This document shows, in pieces, positions 1-12,707 of a stretch of DNA of 64,000 nt. The position numbers and the translations under genes are program-made. Under the pieces are notes generated by a model, which was not told where the DNA came from, did no database searches, and saw only the letters and a list, made by a program, of their open reading frames with translations. Source of the DNA: Octopus vulgaris (taxonomy: Eukaryota); NCBI GenBank assembly GCA_951406725.2, contig OX597822.1:11780001-11844000 (forward strand), in the 5' to 3' direction. Every line of letters begins with the position of its first letter. Positions within the stretch are counted from its first letter, which is position 1.

Positions 1-1480
1 GATTTAAAAAAAAACGTTTAAACAATCATTTTTCCTCCTTTAGGCTTAAACACAAGGCAGGTTGCACAGCATTGTCTAGTAAAATTTGGGAACTGAAAAC
101 GAATAATATATAGAATTTAACCTGAAATGGGATATAGTAAAAAAAAGGATGGCCTTATAAAAATAGTAGAGATGGTTGGGAACTTTGTTCTATGGAAACA
201 TGAAATTTTAAAACATAGGAATAATACAAATCTGTTAACCGTTCTGAACTAGGAGTAATTAGCATACATCGCACAACCCGTGCGTTTAAATATTTTAGAT
301 AATAATATTGAGACCATTCCTAAATTTTTCCAATTCTAATTCTTTATAACTAAATAAGAATGAATATACCATACTTGCTTTTAATTCAACATGCATAGAT
401 TACTAAAAAACTTCATTGCATATTTAGAATTAAATTCTCTTTTTTTTATAATCTCCTATATTAAATAGTATAAATTCTATGTCCCTAAAGAAACTACTCT
501 GTTCACCTTGATTACCTCACTTCTTTTTCTTAATATATCACTAACCGAGGATATTTTTACCTAACTAATTAGCTTTTCTCCGCGAGTAGTAAATATTATG
601 TCTAACAGATTCTATATTTTAATTCATTAATAACAATTCACTATCTACTAAATCTGAGAAATGTACTCTTCTTAATTACTTCTCTTCATAAAAAACATCA
701 CCTTCTACTAAACCTAAGAAAATTATTCTTCTTGATTACTCCTCTCCCAGTTTTTCTATTATACATATCTGACCCCCAATATATTCACTTGATTAATAAG
801 ACGTTTGTCCTCAGTTCTTGAGTATTATGCCTACTCATTAAGTGATAGATTTGTTTCCAAAATGAATAAATATTAGATTTATAATTTCTCCTTTAATCCA
901 ACGTATAAAAATATTCAACAGCTACCAGCTAAGTATAAAGCTGATGTTTATAAGTATAAAGGGATCTGTGTATTCTCTATAACGTTTTGGTATATAAGTG
1001 GTCACTGTGACCATATGACATTGACCTAGTTTTCCTAATACAATATCTGTTTGCCAAATAGTAGTAAACAGCTTCTATGGCATTACAACCCCCTCTCTAC
1101 CTTAATTTCTTTATGAACACTGTCTGAAATTTATTTCACCCCTATTTCTATAAATAGAAAATGTCTTTGTCTTCTTTCAACTGATTATAATTTCCAAACT
1201 TCTAGCAGTTCAAAATAACTTAACGTATATTCTTCAGTCGGAAGATAAACTCTACTACCTTAACGTTCTTAAAATTTAAATCGACATCTCTGTCTATATA
1301 TCTACCTTCTCTATAATGTCATCAATTGATATGAAAATTATGTATTAATGGAAAACCTCTATAAATAGCTAATGATTGCTCAACATTTTAAAACTGTTGT
1401 AATACTTACAATATTTAATAAAATGATGTAGAGTGAAAGATCTTACCAAATTACCGAAGTTATTCTTGTTGCTTATTTTT
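1..1480 (+). mobile_element. 3' part of a Penelope-like retroelement (Naiad-like): decayed GIY-YIG C-terminus, AT-rich 3' region and pLTR
   Basis: 1-302 reads across frameshifts FKKKRLNNHFSSFR..TALSSKIWELK..NLKWDI..WELCSME..EIL..LL..RSE..IHR*. 1262-1480 is homologous to the HHR-bearing 57021-57240. Confidence 0.75.
1364..1450 (+). ncRNA. Decayed hammerhead ribozyme, paralog of 57122-57212
   Basis: CTAATGA (from CTGATGA), the same long stem II insert, then GAAAGATCTTACCAAA. The core is mutated. Confidence 0.6.
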
Positions 1481-1579
1481 GCTTATAATCACCCCATGGA
1501 TTTATATACATAACACCATTCAAAATTCTGGTGCATCTAACTTAAGTACCATATTCATCTGAATCTAAATCTTGCTGAA

Positions 1580-1616
<37 letters not shown>

Positions 1617-1696
1617 GTATGTATACATATATATGTATATATGTTATATATTTATAACACATTCACACACACAGACATATACGTTATAAATATATA

Positions 1697-2925
1697 TTAG
1701 GTTGGCAACTATGTTCCGGCCGTTTTTTTATATAACTTTTTAAGTGTTTTAGTAAAAAATAACAACTAATTAATCAATAATGTAGTAACCCTTGTTGTTT
1801 ACAGTACCTCGTCGGTAGAAATCACCGACTCGAAACTTTGATCCAACCAAGCTCTCAATTCTGAACCATTAGTGAAGGAAACTACAGGCATAGCATTTGA
1901 GAGAGATCGAATGAAGTAGAAATCCGTCGGTGCAAAATCAGGAGAGTACGGCGGGTGTAGCAGCATTTCCCAGCCATGCGTTTGAATAGCTTCCTTGGTC
2001 ATATTGGCGATATGAGGGCGGGCGTTGTCGTACGGCAGAAGAACTCCATGCTGCCGATTGGGTCTTTTCTCTTGAATAGCTGTGTTGAGTCGTTCCATCT
2101 GTTGAACATTGAGTACCGCGTTGACCGTTTAGTTCCGTTCAAGTAATTCGTAATGGATAATCCCTTCTCAGTCCCACCTTACGCACAACATTTTTACGCG
2201 GATGAAGATCTTGTTTCACGCGTGGTGTCACTTGTTTACCGGGGCTAAGCCATTCCTTACGCTGCTTCATATTGATGTACAGGCACCATTTTTCATCGTT
2301 AGTAACGATTCGGTAAAGAAATCGTTGCTTGTGTCCATGAGCTGAGCGGTGATGAGCAAGCAAACCAACGGAAATTGAGGTTCGTTGACTTTCTATTGTC
2401 ACTTAATGCATGCGGAAACCATGCTCTATACTTCTGAACCTTTCCTATCGAGTGAAGATGCTTCTCTATAGCAGTGTAGTAGCATTGTATTTTCTCTGAC
2501 TGTTCCCTTGTCGTTTTACGATAATTTTCGTGTAAAATTTATTGAATCGCTCTTTATCGAACTCAACTGAACGGCCAGAACGAGGTGCGACTTTGAGGTC
2601 GAAATTTCCATTTGTGAACTTACCATACCAATCACGTGCGGCTCTTTCAGATATGGCACCCTCTCCATACACAGCACAAATGTCGTGAGCAGCGTTTGCG
2701 GCCTTAGAACCTTGATTAAAGGCAAAAAGATGGAGGTGTCGAAAATGCTCGTTTTTCTTACCTTGACATTCCATTTTAATGATTTGAAAATAAATAAAAA
2801 TTAACTAAATTAATTAGAAAAAAATGCAAAAACGATTCCAAAATGACTCAAAAATAAAATCCTCAAAAAATAGATTCCAAAATTTAAAAACGCAAGAAAT
2901 TCCAAAATCTTAGTTGCCAACCCAA
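1697..2925 (-). mobile_element. Mariner DNA transposon, full length, transposase frameshifted
   Basis: TIR ends TTAGGTTGGCAACTA / TAGTTGCCAACCCAA flanked by TA. ORF pieces 2774-2466, 2402-2139 and 2098-1799 carry IVTNDEKW, DNARPH and HPPYSPDFAPTD. Confidence 0.95.
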
Positions 2926-3765
2926 TAGAATATATACATAAATATGCATACAAATTCGGCAGATTTGAATATTAACGTTTTCCGAGAACCACTTTTCTTT
3001 GCAGACAGAGCATAATTTGGTTTCAGAATGTGTAACCCAACAGCGAGTAGCACATTGACGCTCAAGTCTGCCGGAATCTATTCATAATTTAATATTTGCA
3101 AATATATATTCTATTTGGAAGGAGAGTTACCATCCAAGACTGAATACTTCAAGAATAGCACCTTCAAACTGGTAAGTGCCAAGCACGAAACCTTTGATCT
3201 TGAGTCTGTACGTTTCAACTGATTAAAATGTATGAATCTGCTAAGCAGTGAGCTAGAAACCTTTGTCGCGCCGGACAAAATGCTAAACAGCACTTCAAAT
3301 ACCGTCGGAGATGACTTTACTTTTCCTTCTTTCGGAAGTCGATGAAAAAGTACCAGCTTTGCACTGGGGTCAATGTAATCAGCTTAGCCCCTCTGGTTGA
3401 CACAATTTGTATACAGTTTGTAAATAATTGTTATGCAACCAGATGGCCAATGGCTTTTTGCCAACTTGGTGATTACATTCTTAACCTCAAGATTCATGAG
3501 TGCAACAGCAAACAAGTTTGATACATTAATTCAAACTGACCTTCAACAAATATCTTGAATATACACAAAAATTGTTTTCTATAAAATGTTAGCCTTTGTA
3601 TCAATATCCAAATATTGGGTCTCCTCCAGGTTTCTTCTTCAGTGCCAGATCAACTGTGTAAAGTTCGGTGTTGGTGCACTATTCTATTCTAGCTTTATTA
3701 GAGCAGAATCATTCAATTTCGTCTTAAAACAAAACAAAATAATAATAATAATAATAATAATGATA

Positions 3766-4229
3766 ATAAATGCCCTGATACAGTACCAGGCAGCGGCTCT
3801 CATGGCTTCTGATCTTAACTAAGTGGAAGTGTTCTCATGTACATTGTTTTGTCTTGGTATAAAAGATGGGCTACAGCAAATATTCTGCTCGCTTGTCAGT
3901 TGTTTGACCGTAACCAGTTGAGCATGTCCCTTAGTGTGTTGAGAGGGATTCTTTGGGGTTTGAATAATTCACCTCTGGAAACATGGGTGGTTCTTTCAAC
4001 ATCCTTAAACAACTCTTAATCAGGGACCTTTTGAGTGGGATGGGTTACTCAACCAGAAGAAAATTCTAACTGAGCCCCACCCGCAAGGTCATGCGCTGTT
4101 TATCTTGTTATGAGATCACCATGTCGCGCACATATGGTTGTGATGCATGTGCCTGGTGTACCCTTATCAGACGGGTAGTCATCATGGTACCCCAGAGTCA
4201 CTTTGATGGCATGCACTGCTCTCTCACTC

Positions 4230-4230
<1 letters not shown>
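3766..4230 (+). mobile_element. Non-coding interspersed element inserted in (AAT)n; partial second copy at about 5360-5590
   Basis: Flanked by AAT repeats. The 3' end GATGGCATGCA..CTCTCTCACTCAATA recurs at about 5565-5592. Confidence 0.55.
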
Positions 4231-4291
<61 letters not shown>

Positions 4292-4310
4292 TAATAATAC
4301 TAATAATAAT

Positions 4311-5026
4311 GTTGTCTCCAAGTGCAATCTTCTAGCGCCTACTGAGTATCTCAACAGGCATGGTAGAGCTGCACAATATATTCACTGGGTAATTTGCAAA
4401 AACCTGGATTTGCCCCACGAAAAAAACTGGTGGGAACACAAACCACCCCCAGTGCTTGAAAATGACCCCATCTCACTCCTCTGGAACTTCACCATTCAAA
4501 CTGACAGAAAGATAGATGTAAATAGGCCAGACATCATATTGAAAGACTTCAGAAAAAGAACATGCCTCCTCATTGATATGACTCTCCCAATCGATATAAA
4601 CGTATCTTTCAAGACCTACCAAAAACTGAGCAAATATAAAGATCTTGAAATAGAAATCAGCAAAATGTGGAACCTGAAGACTAAAACGATATCTGTTGTC
4701 ATAGGTGCCCTGGGAATGATAGCAAAATGTGCTGATTGCTATCTAACTAAGATACCAGGAAACCCAAAATGGTAGAAATTCAAAAGATAGTGCTCATGGG
4801 AACTGCTCATATCCTACGCAAAATACTTCCTTTGTAATCTCAAGTTTTAAAACAAACATATTTTCGTATTGTTTTTTAGGCATTCACTGGTACAACACTA
4901 AGTAAAAATCAAATATATGGCACCCTAGGCATAACACAACATGAACTTCCATCCTGTTGTCTCTTGAGGTCTCTGGATGAGACTTGGAGCCAGCTTCTGC
5001 AAATGTAAAGCAAAAGTCAAACATAG
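4311..5026 (+). mobile_element. 5'-truncated R4/Dong-clade non-LTR retrotransposon (restriction-like endonuclease C-terminus plus 3' UTR)
   Basis: YLNRH..IHW..WWEHKP..NRPDI..LID..KLSKYKDL..VVIGALG is a PD-(D/E)xK RLE domain. (AAT)n lies on both sides, matching the known Dong target preference. Confidence 0.9.
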
Positions 5027-5089
5027 AATAATAATAATAATTCTTTCTGCTGGAAGCGCTAGCGCTAAGATATGGGGAAACGGTTTGAG

Positions 5090-5257
5090 TCGATTCCATC
5101 GATTCCAGTGCGTATATAGTACTTAATTAATAGACCCCGAAAGGACGAAGTGCAAAGTGGACCTAGACAAAGTGAACCTTCACAGAACGTGAAGACGGAC
5201 GAAATACCGCTAAGCATTTCGCTCGGCGTGCCAACGATTCTGCCAGCACGCTGCCTT
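5090..5257 (-). mobile_element. tRNA-derived SINE, same family as 20943-21176
   Basis: GACGAAATACCGCTAAGCATTTCG..CTGCCAGC..GCCTT matches the 20943-21176 element. Confidence 0.75.
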
Positions 5258-5267
5258 AGTAATAATA

Positions 5268-5341
<74 letters not shown>

Positions 5342-6009
5342 TAAACGTGATGATGATGATACATCCTTAAACAAGCTTTATTCAGGGACCTGAAAATAAT
5401 CTTAACCGAGCCCTATTTGCAAGACGATGCGCTGTTTATCTCGATATGAAGTAACTATGATGCACACATATGGTTAAGATGGGTGCATCTAGTGTACCCT
5501 TGTAAGAGAGGATGTATTGGTGGGTATATGAGGCTTCGTATATTTGTATTCCGCCGTCACGCTGATGGCATGCATTACTCTCTCACTCAATACAAATAAT
5601 TTCATAATGGTGGTGTTGCTGGTAGTGATGTTGTTGTTTTTGGTGGTTGTGATGGTGGCGGTGGTGATGGTGGTGGTGGTGGTGATGGTGCTAGTGAGAG
5701 ACGGTGATGCTAGTGGAGTACGTAATAACATTAATTGAAAAAAGAAGAAAAAATAATTACATCTATAAATATACTACAAGATATATATTTCAATTTAGTT
5801 TTTGCATTTCTCAGTTTGTTCCCGTCCTTGGTTTCCCCCCTACAAACAATGGCCCTGTCCATCTATCCCCCCTCCTTTCTTTCATTATCTGCTTCAGACG
5901 CGTCTTATGTTTCTCTCTGCTATTAGTCGTCCAGTCTTTTCATAAATATATGATTGAACAGCGGGAGAGCATACACATCTTCCCGATACGCATGCTCTCT
6001 TCTGGCACA

Positions 6010-6011
6010 CG

Positions 6012-6061
<50 letters not shown>

Positions 6062-6393
6062 TATACTCGGACACAGGTAAATACACACACAGAGGCACAC
6101 ACACAGGCACTGAAACATAATCATACGCACACAGACGAAAACGCACACAAATGCGCGCATAACAGTGTAGGTGCGTCTGATTATATATGTATATATATAT
6201 ACACACACGCATAGACATGAGTTTCAACACTATATTCACACACACATATATGACTGCACACATATATGACTGCAGACATTCATACATAAAATTATGTATG
6301 AATATATATACTTTGAATACAAAAATAAACTTTCTATCGGTGAATATGTGTATATATGTATATGTTAGTGTGTGTGTGTGTGCGTGAATAAAA

Positions 6394-6460
<67 letters not shown>

Positions 6461-7466
6461 AAAGAGTGCCTGAATGCAAAACTATTTGAGTATATGTATG
6501 TATGCATTCATATATATATATATATATATACATACACGTGATTGTGTATGTATATATATGCATATACACGCATATATATATTAACATATATATATTTATA
6601 TATACATATATATATACATATATACATATACATATATACATATATACATATATATATATACTTATATATATATATATATATATATACATTTATATATACA
6701 TATATATATATGTGTGTGGTTATGAATAACTATAGTTTAAACAAACACACATCCATAAACAAACACACGTACTGAACGCGTTTCATTATTTCAATATACA
6801 AACCCACACAATCAACACACACATACACACACACACAGACGCATATATACTCAACGCATACACACACGTACCCATACACTCATGTTGTTTCTTTATTCAA
6901 TACCAATCAGCGTCTCCCTCTCACTTAACATTTTATTTTCCCTTGTAATTAGAGGCAGTTTATTTTATTTTTAATTTCCTAATTAAAGACCTTCGTTATA
7001 CATCATAATTATCTCTATTTTTCTTTCAAAATTTCATTTCTAATTTTTTTGTCTATCGTTTTTCCCTTTGTTTGTGCTTTCACTTTTTTTCTTCTTTTTT
7101 ACACTCTAACATTCAACAGTGAAAAATTGTAAACAAAGAATTCGGAAATAAATAAATAAATAAATATATAAAATAAATACATAAACAAATATATGAAGAG
7201 AGAAAGAAGCAAAAAAAGTAAATAAATGAATATTGTTAATTTAAAGTATAGATTTGATTCCGTCTGCGGCTGAATAGAGATCTGTAAAGATATACACACG
7301 ATACACGCATTATACATACAGACACACGCACGCACTTTCGCGCGCATGCGCGGCCACACACACTGACAAATACATATTTATATATTAAACTCATATACAA
7401 ATTAACTTTAGCATATTTACACGAGTACACGACTCAATGAGCGAAAAAAACATGAATACAGCTGTC

Positions 7467-7541
<75 letters not shown>

Positions 7542-7547
7542 ATATAT

Positions 7548-7587
<40 letters not shown>

Positions 7588-7810
7588 AATATATATATAT
7601 ATATATATATATGTAAATATATGTATATATATATATATATTTATATTTATATGTGTATGTATATATATATATATGTGTATATATACATCTGTGTGTGTGT
7701 ATACGCATACTTATATGTCTCTATATGCATATATTCATGTCTCTGTGTGCCTTTATGCAAATTAGCACATGCGAATATCTATCCACACAAACACAGACAC
7801 ATGCACACAG
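6010..7810. repeat. Compound (CA)n/(TA)n/(GA)n/(TG)n microsatellite-rich region
   Basis: Directly visible dinucleotide runs. Confidence 0.9.
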
Positions 7811-8244
7811 ACATTCACATAGACACACTACATAAAGATCGACACTTTCGTCTGAATTTAAAATCCGCCTCTATCGCCCCCACCCTACCGACATCATCTG
7901 CACGGCCACAATCCCCATCACCATCGCCTCTACCACTGCAACTTGCAAAACCGACATCTACAGCAGCAACAACAAGAACGACAACATGGAAAGAAAATTG
8001 CGAAAGTGAAAAAAGTCCATCGTAAACATTAATAATACATTAGCAATGCAGGCGCGTTTGTGGGTGTGCGGTAAGAACATTCCTGGTAAACCATTCGCTT
8101 TGGGTTCAGTCCCACTGCGTGGCACCTTAGGCAAGAAGATTCTACTATTGCCTCGAGCTGACTAAAGCCAAATCGGTGGATTTGGTAGACGGAAACTGAA
8201 AGAAACGAATATGTGTATATGTACGTATGTATATGTGTATATAA

Positions 8245-8458
8245 AGTTAATCCAAACAAGAAAGCACAAAAAAACACAACAATGCAAGGACGTGGAACAA
8301 ATATAGTATTATTGGGCGCTCAGGAAAGAAGGAAAGAAGGAGCGTTTAACGTTTCGAGCGGAGCTCTTTGTCGGAAACATAGGAGAAGGAAAGATCCAGA
8401 GAAGGGAAGACAGAGGAAAAAAAATCGCCAACGGTACACACGAGGTCACATTCTGAAA

Positions 8459-8460
<2 letters not shown>
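8245..8460 (-). mobile_element. PLE-type terminal fragment with a decayed minimal hammerhead (8344-8378); related truncated copy at about 57700-57790 (+)
   Basis: Minus strand: GTTT CCGACAA A GAGC TCC GCTC GAAAC GTT AAAC. Flanked by TA repeats. Confidence 0.65.
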
Positions 8461-8540
<80 letters not shown>

Positions 8541-8583
8541 CATACACACACACACACAGACACAGACACACACACACAGACAT

Positions 8584-8617
<34 letters not shown>

Positions 8618-8624
8618 TAAATTA

Positions 8625-8880
8625 AATATATAAATTAAATTATGAGGGTAGAAATTGATATTAATCAATTAAAACCAGTGGCTTATCATATTTAATAAAT
8701 CCGAAGATTAAAAATTATATTACATATAAATCCACCAAATTGTATTCCTAATATGCTAAAGATAGACGTCAAATCGTCTTACCACGAAGACTGTTCTCAA
8801 GAAAAATTACAGCAAACGCCAGAATATAAAAAATATGCTGAAATTTTCTTCAGAACACACCATTCCTCTTAATTTGTATG
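8625..8880 (-). mobile_element. Truncated, diverged relative of the retrozyme-like element at 29414-30032
   Basis: The minus strand shares TTCTGG(C/T)GTT(T/C)GCTG and the terminus ACTGGTTTTAA-TTGAT..AATAT..CCCTCA. Confidence 0.55.
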
Positions 8881-8881
8881 T

Positions 8882-8951
<70 letters not shown>

Positions 8952-8956
8952 TATGC

Positions 8957-9012
<56 letters not shown>

Positions 9013-9031
9013 GTATGTATTTATGTAGATA

Positions 9032-9944
9032 TTGGGTCATCCCATAAATAATGCGAGTTGTTATACTTTTATTTTTCAAAATTAAAATAAACAACATTCT
9101 CTTTTAAACTAAAATAAGCTTTTCCTTTTCTACAATGCTCGTCCAACTCTCTGGTAGACTTGCAAGGTTCCTCTTCCAAAAGCCACTTGTCCGTGACGAA
9201 AAATACTCTTCCTGTTTGGTATTCGTCTACAGACTTCATATTTTTTTCTGTCTAAGCGATTTTGAAGATTGCTGAATAAATGATAAAGAGATGGGGCAAT
9301 GTCAGGCGAATATAGTGACCGGTGCATCGTTTCTCCTTCAAAATTGCTCCAGCCTTAGGATTATCATTCTCGTTGTATATGGCCGAGCATTATCCTGATG
9401 GAAGAACATCTTTCGTCTTGAAACCAAAGGTGGTCGTTTTTCTTCTAGCGCTGACTTCAGTGACCGGTTGAATGACCAAATCCATGCTTTTCTGCTGGTT
9501 CCTCAACAGTTACGATGGGATTTTGTTCCACCAGGGCTTGCAGGACTTCTTCGTGGAGCTCTACATATCCTCCAGGCTCGTCTTCTTGTCTGTAGTTTCC
9601 GGATCGGAATTTCTGAAACCACTGTTGACACTGTCTTACGCTTATTGTCCGATCCCCATATACTGCATTAATATTCCTCGCACTTTCCGTTGCGTTGTTG
9701 CCTTTATAAAGCAAAATATGCCGAATTTGAGAGATCTCTCAAATCCTCTGTTACTTCCATTATAGCTTTGAAAAAATAACTGTTAAAATGGAACTGGACT
9801 CTTCGAAACTTGCACTAAGAATAAGTACAGGGTAAAATTGCTCCCTGCTTTTATAGCAAGTTGATGCAAGTATTTTATCCTGTTCCCCTCCGACTTTTAG
9901 TTCATGCAATTGAAAAAAATGTTGTTAATTATGGGATGACCCAA
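9032..9944 (-). mobile_element. Mariner transposon, internally deleted
   Basis: TIRs TTGGGTCATCCCATAA / TTATGGGATGACCCAA with TA TSD. The N-terminal HTH (9714-9457) is joined to HQDNAR and YSPDIAPS. Confidence 0.92.
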
Positions 9945-11154
9945 TATAACATGTATGTGTGTGTGTCTTTGTGCGTGTTTTAGTTCATAACATCCATTTG
10001 ACAGCCGGTGTTGTGTTTACGTTCTCGTAACCTAGCAGTCCGATTAAAGTGACTGATAGAAAAGTACCAAGCTTTAAAAAGAAATACTGGGTTCCATTCG
10101 ATCGACTAAATTTCTTCCAGACGTTGCCCCAGCATGGCCGCAATCTAATAAGTGAAACAAGTAAGAGATAAGATATAAAAAATATACAGAGAAAGATAGA
10201 TTGAGAGAAACAGAGAGGGAGAAAGATCAACCCATACACATGGGCTCTAGTATAATCAAATGTATTACCTCAGGGCAAACAAACACAAGGGTGACGCTGA
10301 AAGACATTGGAAACTATATGAATCCTTGGCCCGTCAGCCATCAACTATCAAAATATGGGAGGACGGTTAAATCAAAACTTTTAAGCGGCGGCATTTGGAT
10401 ATTTACACGTCTCTATATTTGATGCCTAAACCAAAATTTCTATTATTTTCATATTTGGTTTTTGGTACTAGTATATTCTTGTTCCGGTAACTGTTATATT
10501 TTATCTTTTATTTGTTTCAGTCATTAGACTGCGACCATGCTGGTGCAACACCTTGAAGATCGACCTCAGGACGATATATACGACGATCTTGTTTCAGTTT
10601 CCCTCGAACGAATCCGGACACAGGGGCTATAATAGAAAACACGTGCCCAAAGTTCTACGCAGTGGGACTGAACCCGGAACCGTGTGGTTGAGAAGTAAAG
10701 TTCTTACTACACAACCAAACTTGAAGAACGACAAGACAAAATGATTACCAAAAACTAATTCTGTGCTCCTCTAGGTTTTGTAGGGTGTGTTCTAAATTCT
10801 GTATAACATTGGTAAACATGAATTTTTTTCTCTCAGATTGTTTACTGGTCTTTTGGAAAATATACCAGATAAGTAGAAACATAAAATTACTTCCATACAT
10901 TTGGCATTCTCTTTAAGATATCACAATCGTATTATTTTCTCCATTTTCTTGGTGAATATAACGTAGATATTGTTTTTAATTTTGTCAGTGTCAGTATACT
11001 TACTATAAAATGACAGCTGTTTCATATCCTTGTATCTTTTAATATGTATGCTTTCTGAATATTCTCATGTTAAACAAAAAAGAAAAACTATTTTCCTTGA
11101 AATTCCAACTGTATCTTATTCAATTCAAATGCACTTATATATTCCTTTATTCTT

Positions 11155-11370
11155 TTATTCTTTTACACGCTTCAGTCATTTGACTGTGGCCATGCTGGAG
11201 TGCCACCGTTAGTCGAGCCAATCGCTCCTGGACCTATTCTTTTGTGAGCCTAGCAGTTAGTCCATCGTTCTGTTTTGTCGAATCGCTAAGCTATAGGGAT
11301 GCAAACACACCAACATCAGTTGTCAAGCGATGGTAGTGCTCGTGGGAAGATTCGCACAGACACACAAATA
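11155..11370 (-). mobile_element. SINE 3' half
   Basis: TTCAGTCATTTGACTGTGGCCATGCTGGAG..AACACACCAACATCAGTTGTCAAGCG matches the recurring family. Confidence 0.8.
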
Positions 11371-11398
11371 CATAAATATATATATATATATATACATA

Positions 11399-12625
11399 CT
11401 GGGTTGGCAACTAAGTTCCCGCCGTTTTTTTTATGTAAAAATGTTTCAAATGGTTTAATAAAAAAATAACAACTAATCAATCAAAAAATGTAGTCACCCT
11501 TGTTGTTTACATCTTCTTCCCAACGTTCAAGGATATTTCAATACCTCGTTAGTAGAAATCATCCGATTTCGATTCGAAAACGTGATCCAACCAAGCTCTC
11601 AATTCCACATCAGTAGTGAACGGAACTCCGCGCATAGTATTTGAAAGAGATCGAAAGAGGTGGAAATCCGTTGGTACCAAATCAGGAGAGTACGGTTGAC
11701 GTGGCAGCACTTCCCAGCCAAGCGTTTGAATGGCTTCCTTGGTCATATTGGCGATATGAGGGCGGGCGTTGTCATGCAGCAGAACTCCATGCTGCCAATT
11801 AGGACTTTTCTCTTCAATAGCCGTGTTGAGTCGTTCCATCTGTTGGACATAGAGTCCCGCGTTGACCGTTTGGTTCCGTTCAAGCAATTCGTAATGGATA
11901 ATCCCTTCTCAGTCCCACCTTACGCACAACATTTTTTTTACGCGGATGATTTTGTTTCACGCGTGGTGTCGCTTGTTTACCGGATTCTAAGCCATTCCTT
12001 ACGCAGCTTCATATTGATGTACAGGCACCATTTTTCATCGCCAGTAACGATTCGGTAAAGAAATCGTTGCTTGTGTCCATGAGTTGAACGGTGACGAGCA
12101 AGCAAACCAGTGGAGATTGTGGCTCGTTGATTTTTGTAGTTGTCACTTAAAGCATGTAGAACCCATGCTCCATACTTCTGAACCTTTCCCATCGAGTGAA
12201 GAGGCTTCTCTATAGCAGTGTGATAGCATTCTATTTTCTCTGCCTATTTCCTTGTCGTTTGACGAGAATTTTCATGCAAAAGTTGGTTTAATCGCTCTTC
12301 ATTGTACTCAACTGGACGACCAGAAGGGGGTGCGACTTTGAGTTCAAAACTTTCATTTTTGAATTTGGCATACCAATCACGAGCGGTTCTTTAAACTATG
12401 GCACCCTCTCCAAATGTCGCGAGCAGCTCTTGCGGCCTTAGAACCTTGATTAAAAGCAAAAATAGGGAGGTGTCGAAAATGTCCGTTTTTCTTAACTTGA
12501 CATTTCTTTTTAATGATCCGAAAATGAACAAAAATTAACTAAAATTAACCAAAATGATTCAAAAATAGAATTCTCGAAAAAAATAGATTCCAAAATTCAA
12601 AAAAGCAATACATTCCAAAATTTAG
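11399..12625 (-). mobile_element. Mariner transposon, second copy of the 1697-2925 family
   Basis: TIR CTGGGTTGGCAACTAAG. Motifs WVLHAL, IVTGDEKW, HDNARPH and YSPDLVPTD. Collinear with 1697-2925. Confidence 0.93.
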
Positions 12626-12666
12626 TCACTACGCATTCCTTATTTTCTGTCCTTGTTTCTTTCTGT

Positions 12667-12707
12667 GTCTTTTCTGAAGAAGTGTTTAGGCTCGAAACGT
12701 TAAAGAC
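12667..12707 (+). ncRNA. Minimal hammerhead-like motif, partly decayed
   Basis: GTCTTTT CTGAAGA A GTG TTTAGG CTC GAAAC GTT AAAGAC. Confidence 0.55.

Larger units (their letters stand above)
8050..10170 (+). mobile_element. tRNA-derived SINE with internal microsatellite, split by nested insertions (head 8050-8220, tail about 9960-10170)
   Basis: Head GGTTCAGTCCCACTGCGTGGCACC..GGTAGACGGAAACTGAAAGAA. Tail TTGACAGCCGGTGTTG..CAGCATGGCCGCA..GAAACAAGTAA. Confidence 0.7.

Noticed and set aside
4203-4310. Poly-Asn N-terminus on the 190-aa ORF
   Set aside because: It is the (AAT)n target tract fused by chance in frame to a truncated Dong LINE.
5700-8620. Long ORFs rich in YI, CV and HT repeats (also at 26224-27651, 50300-52905 and elsewhere)
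   Set aside because: They are translations of stop-free dinucleotide and tetranucleotide microsatellites with no coding signal.
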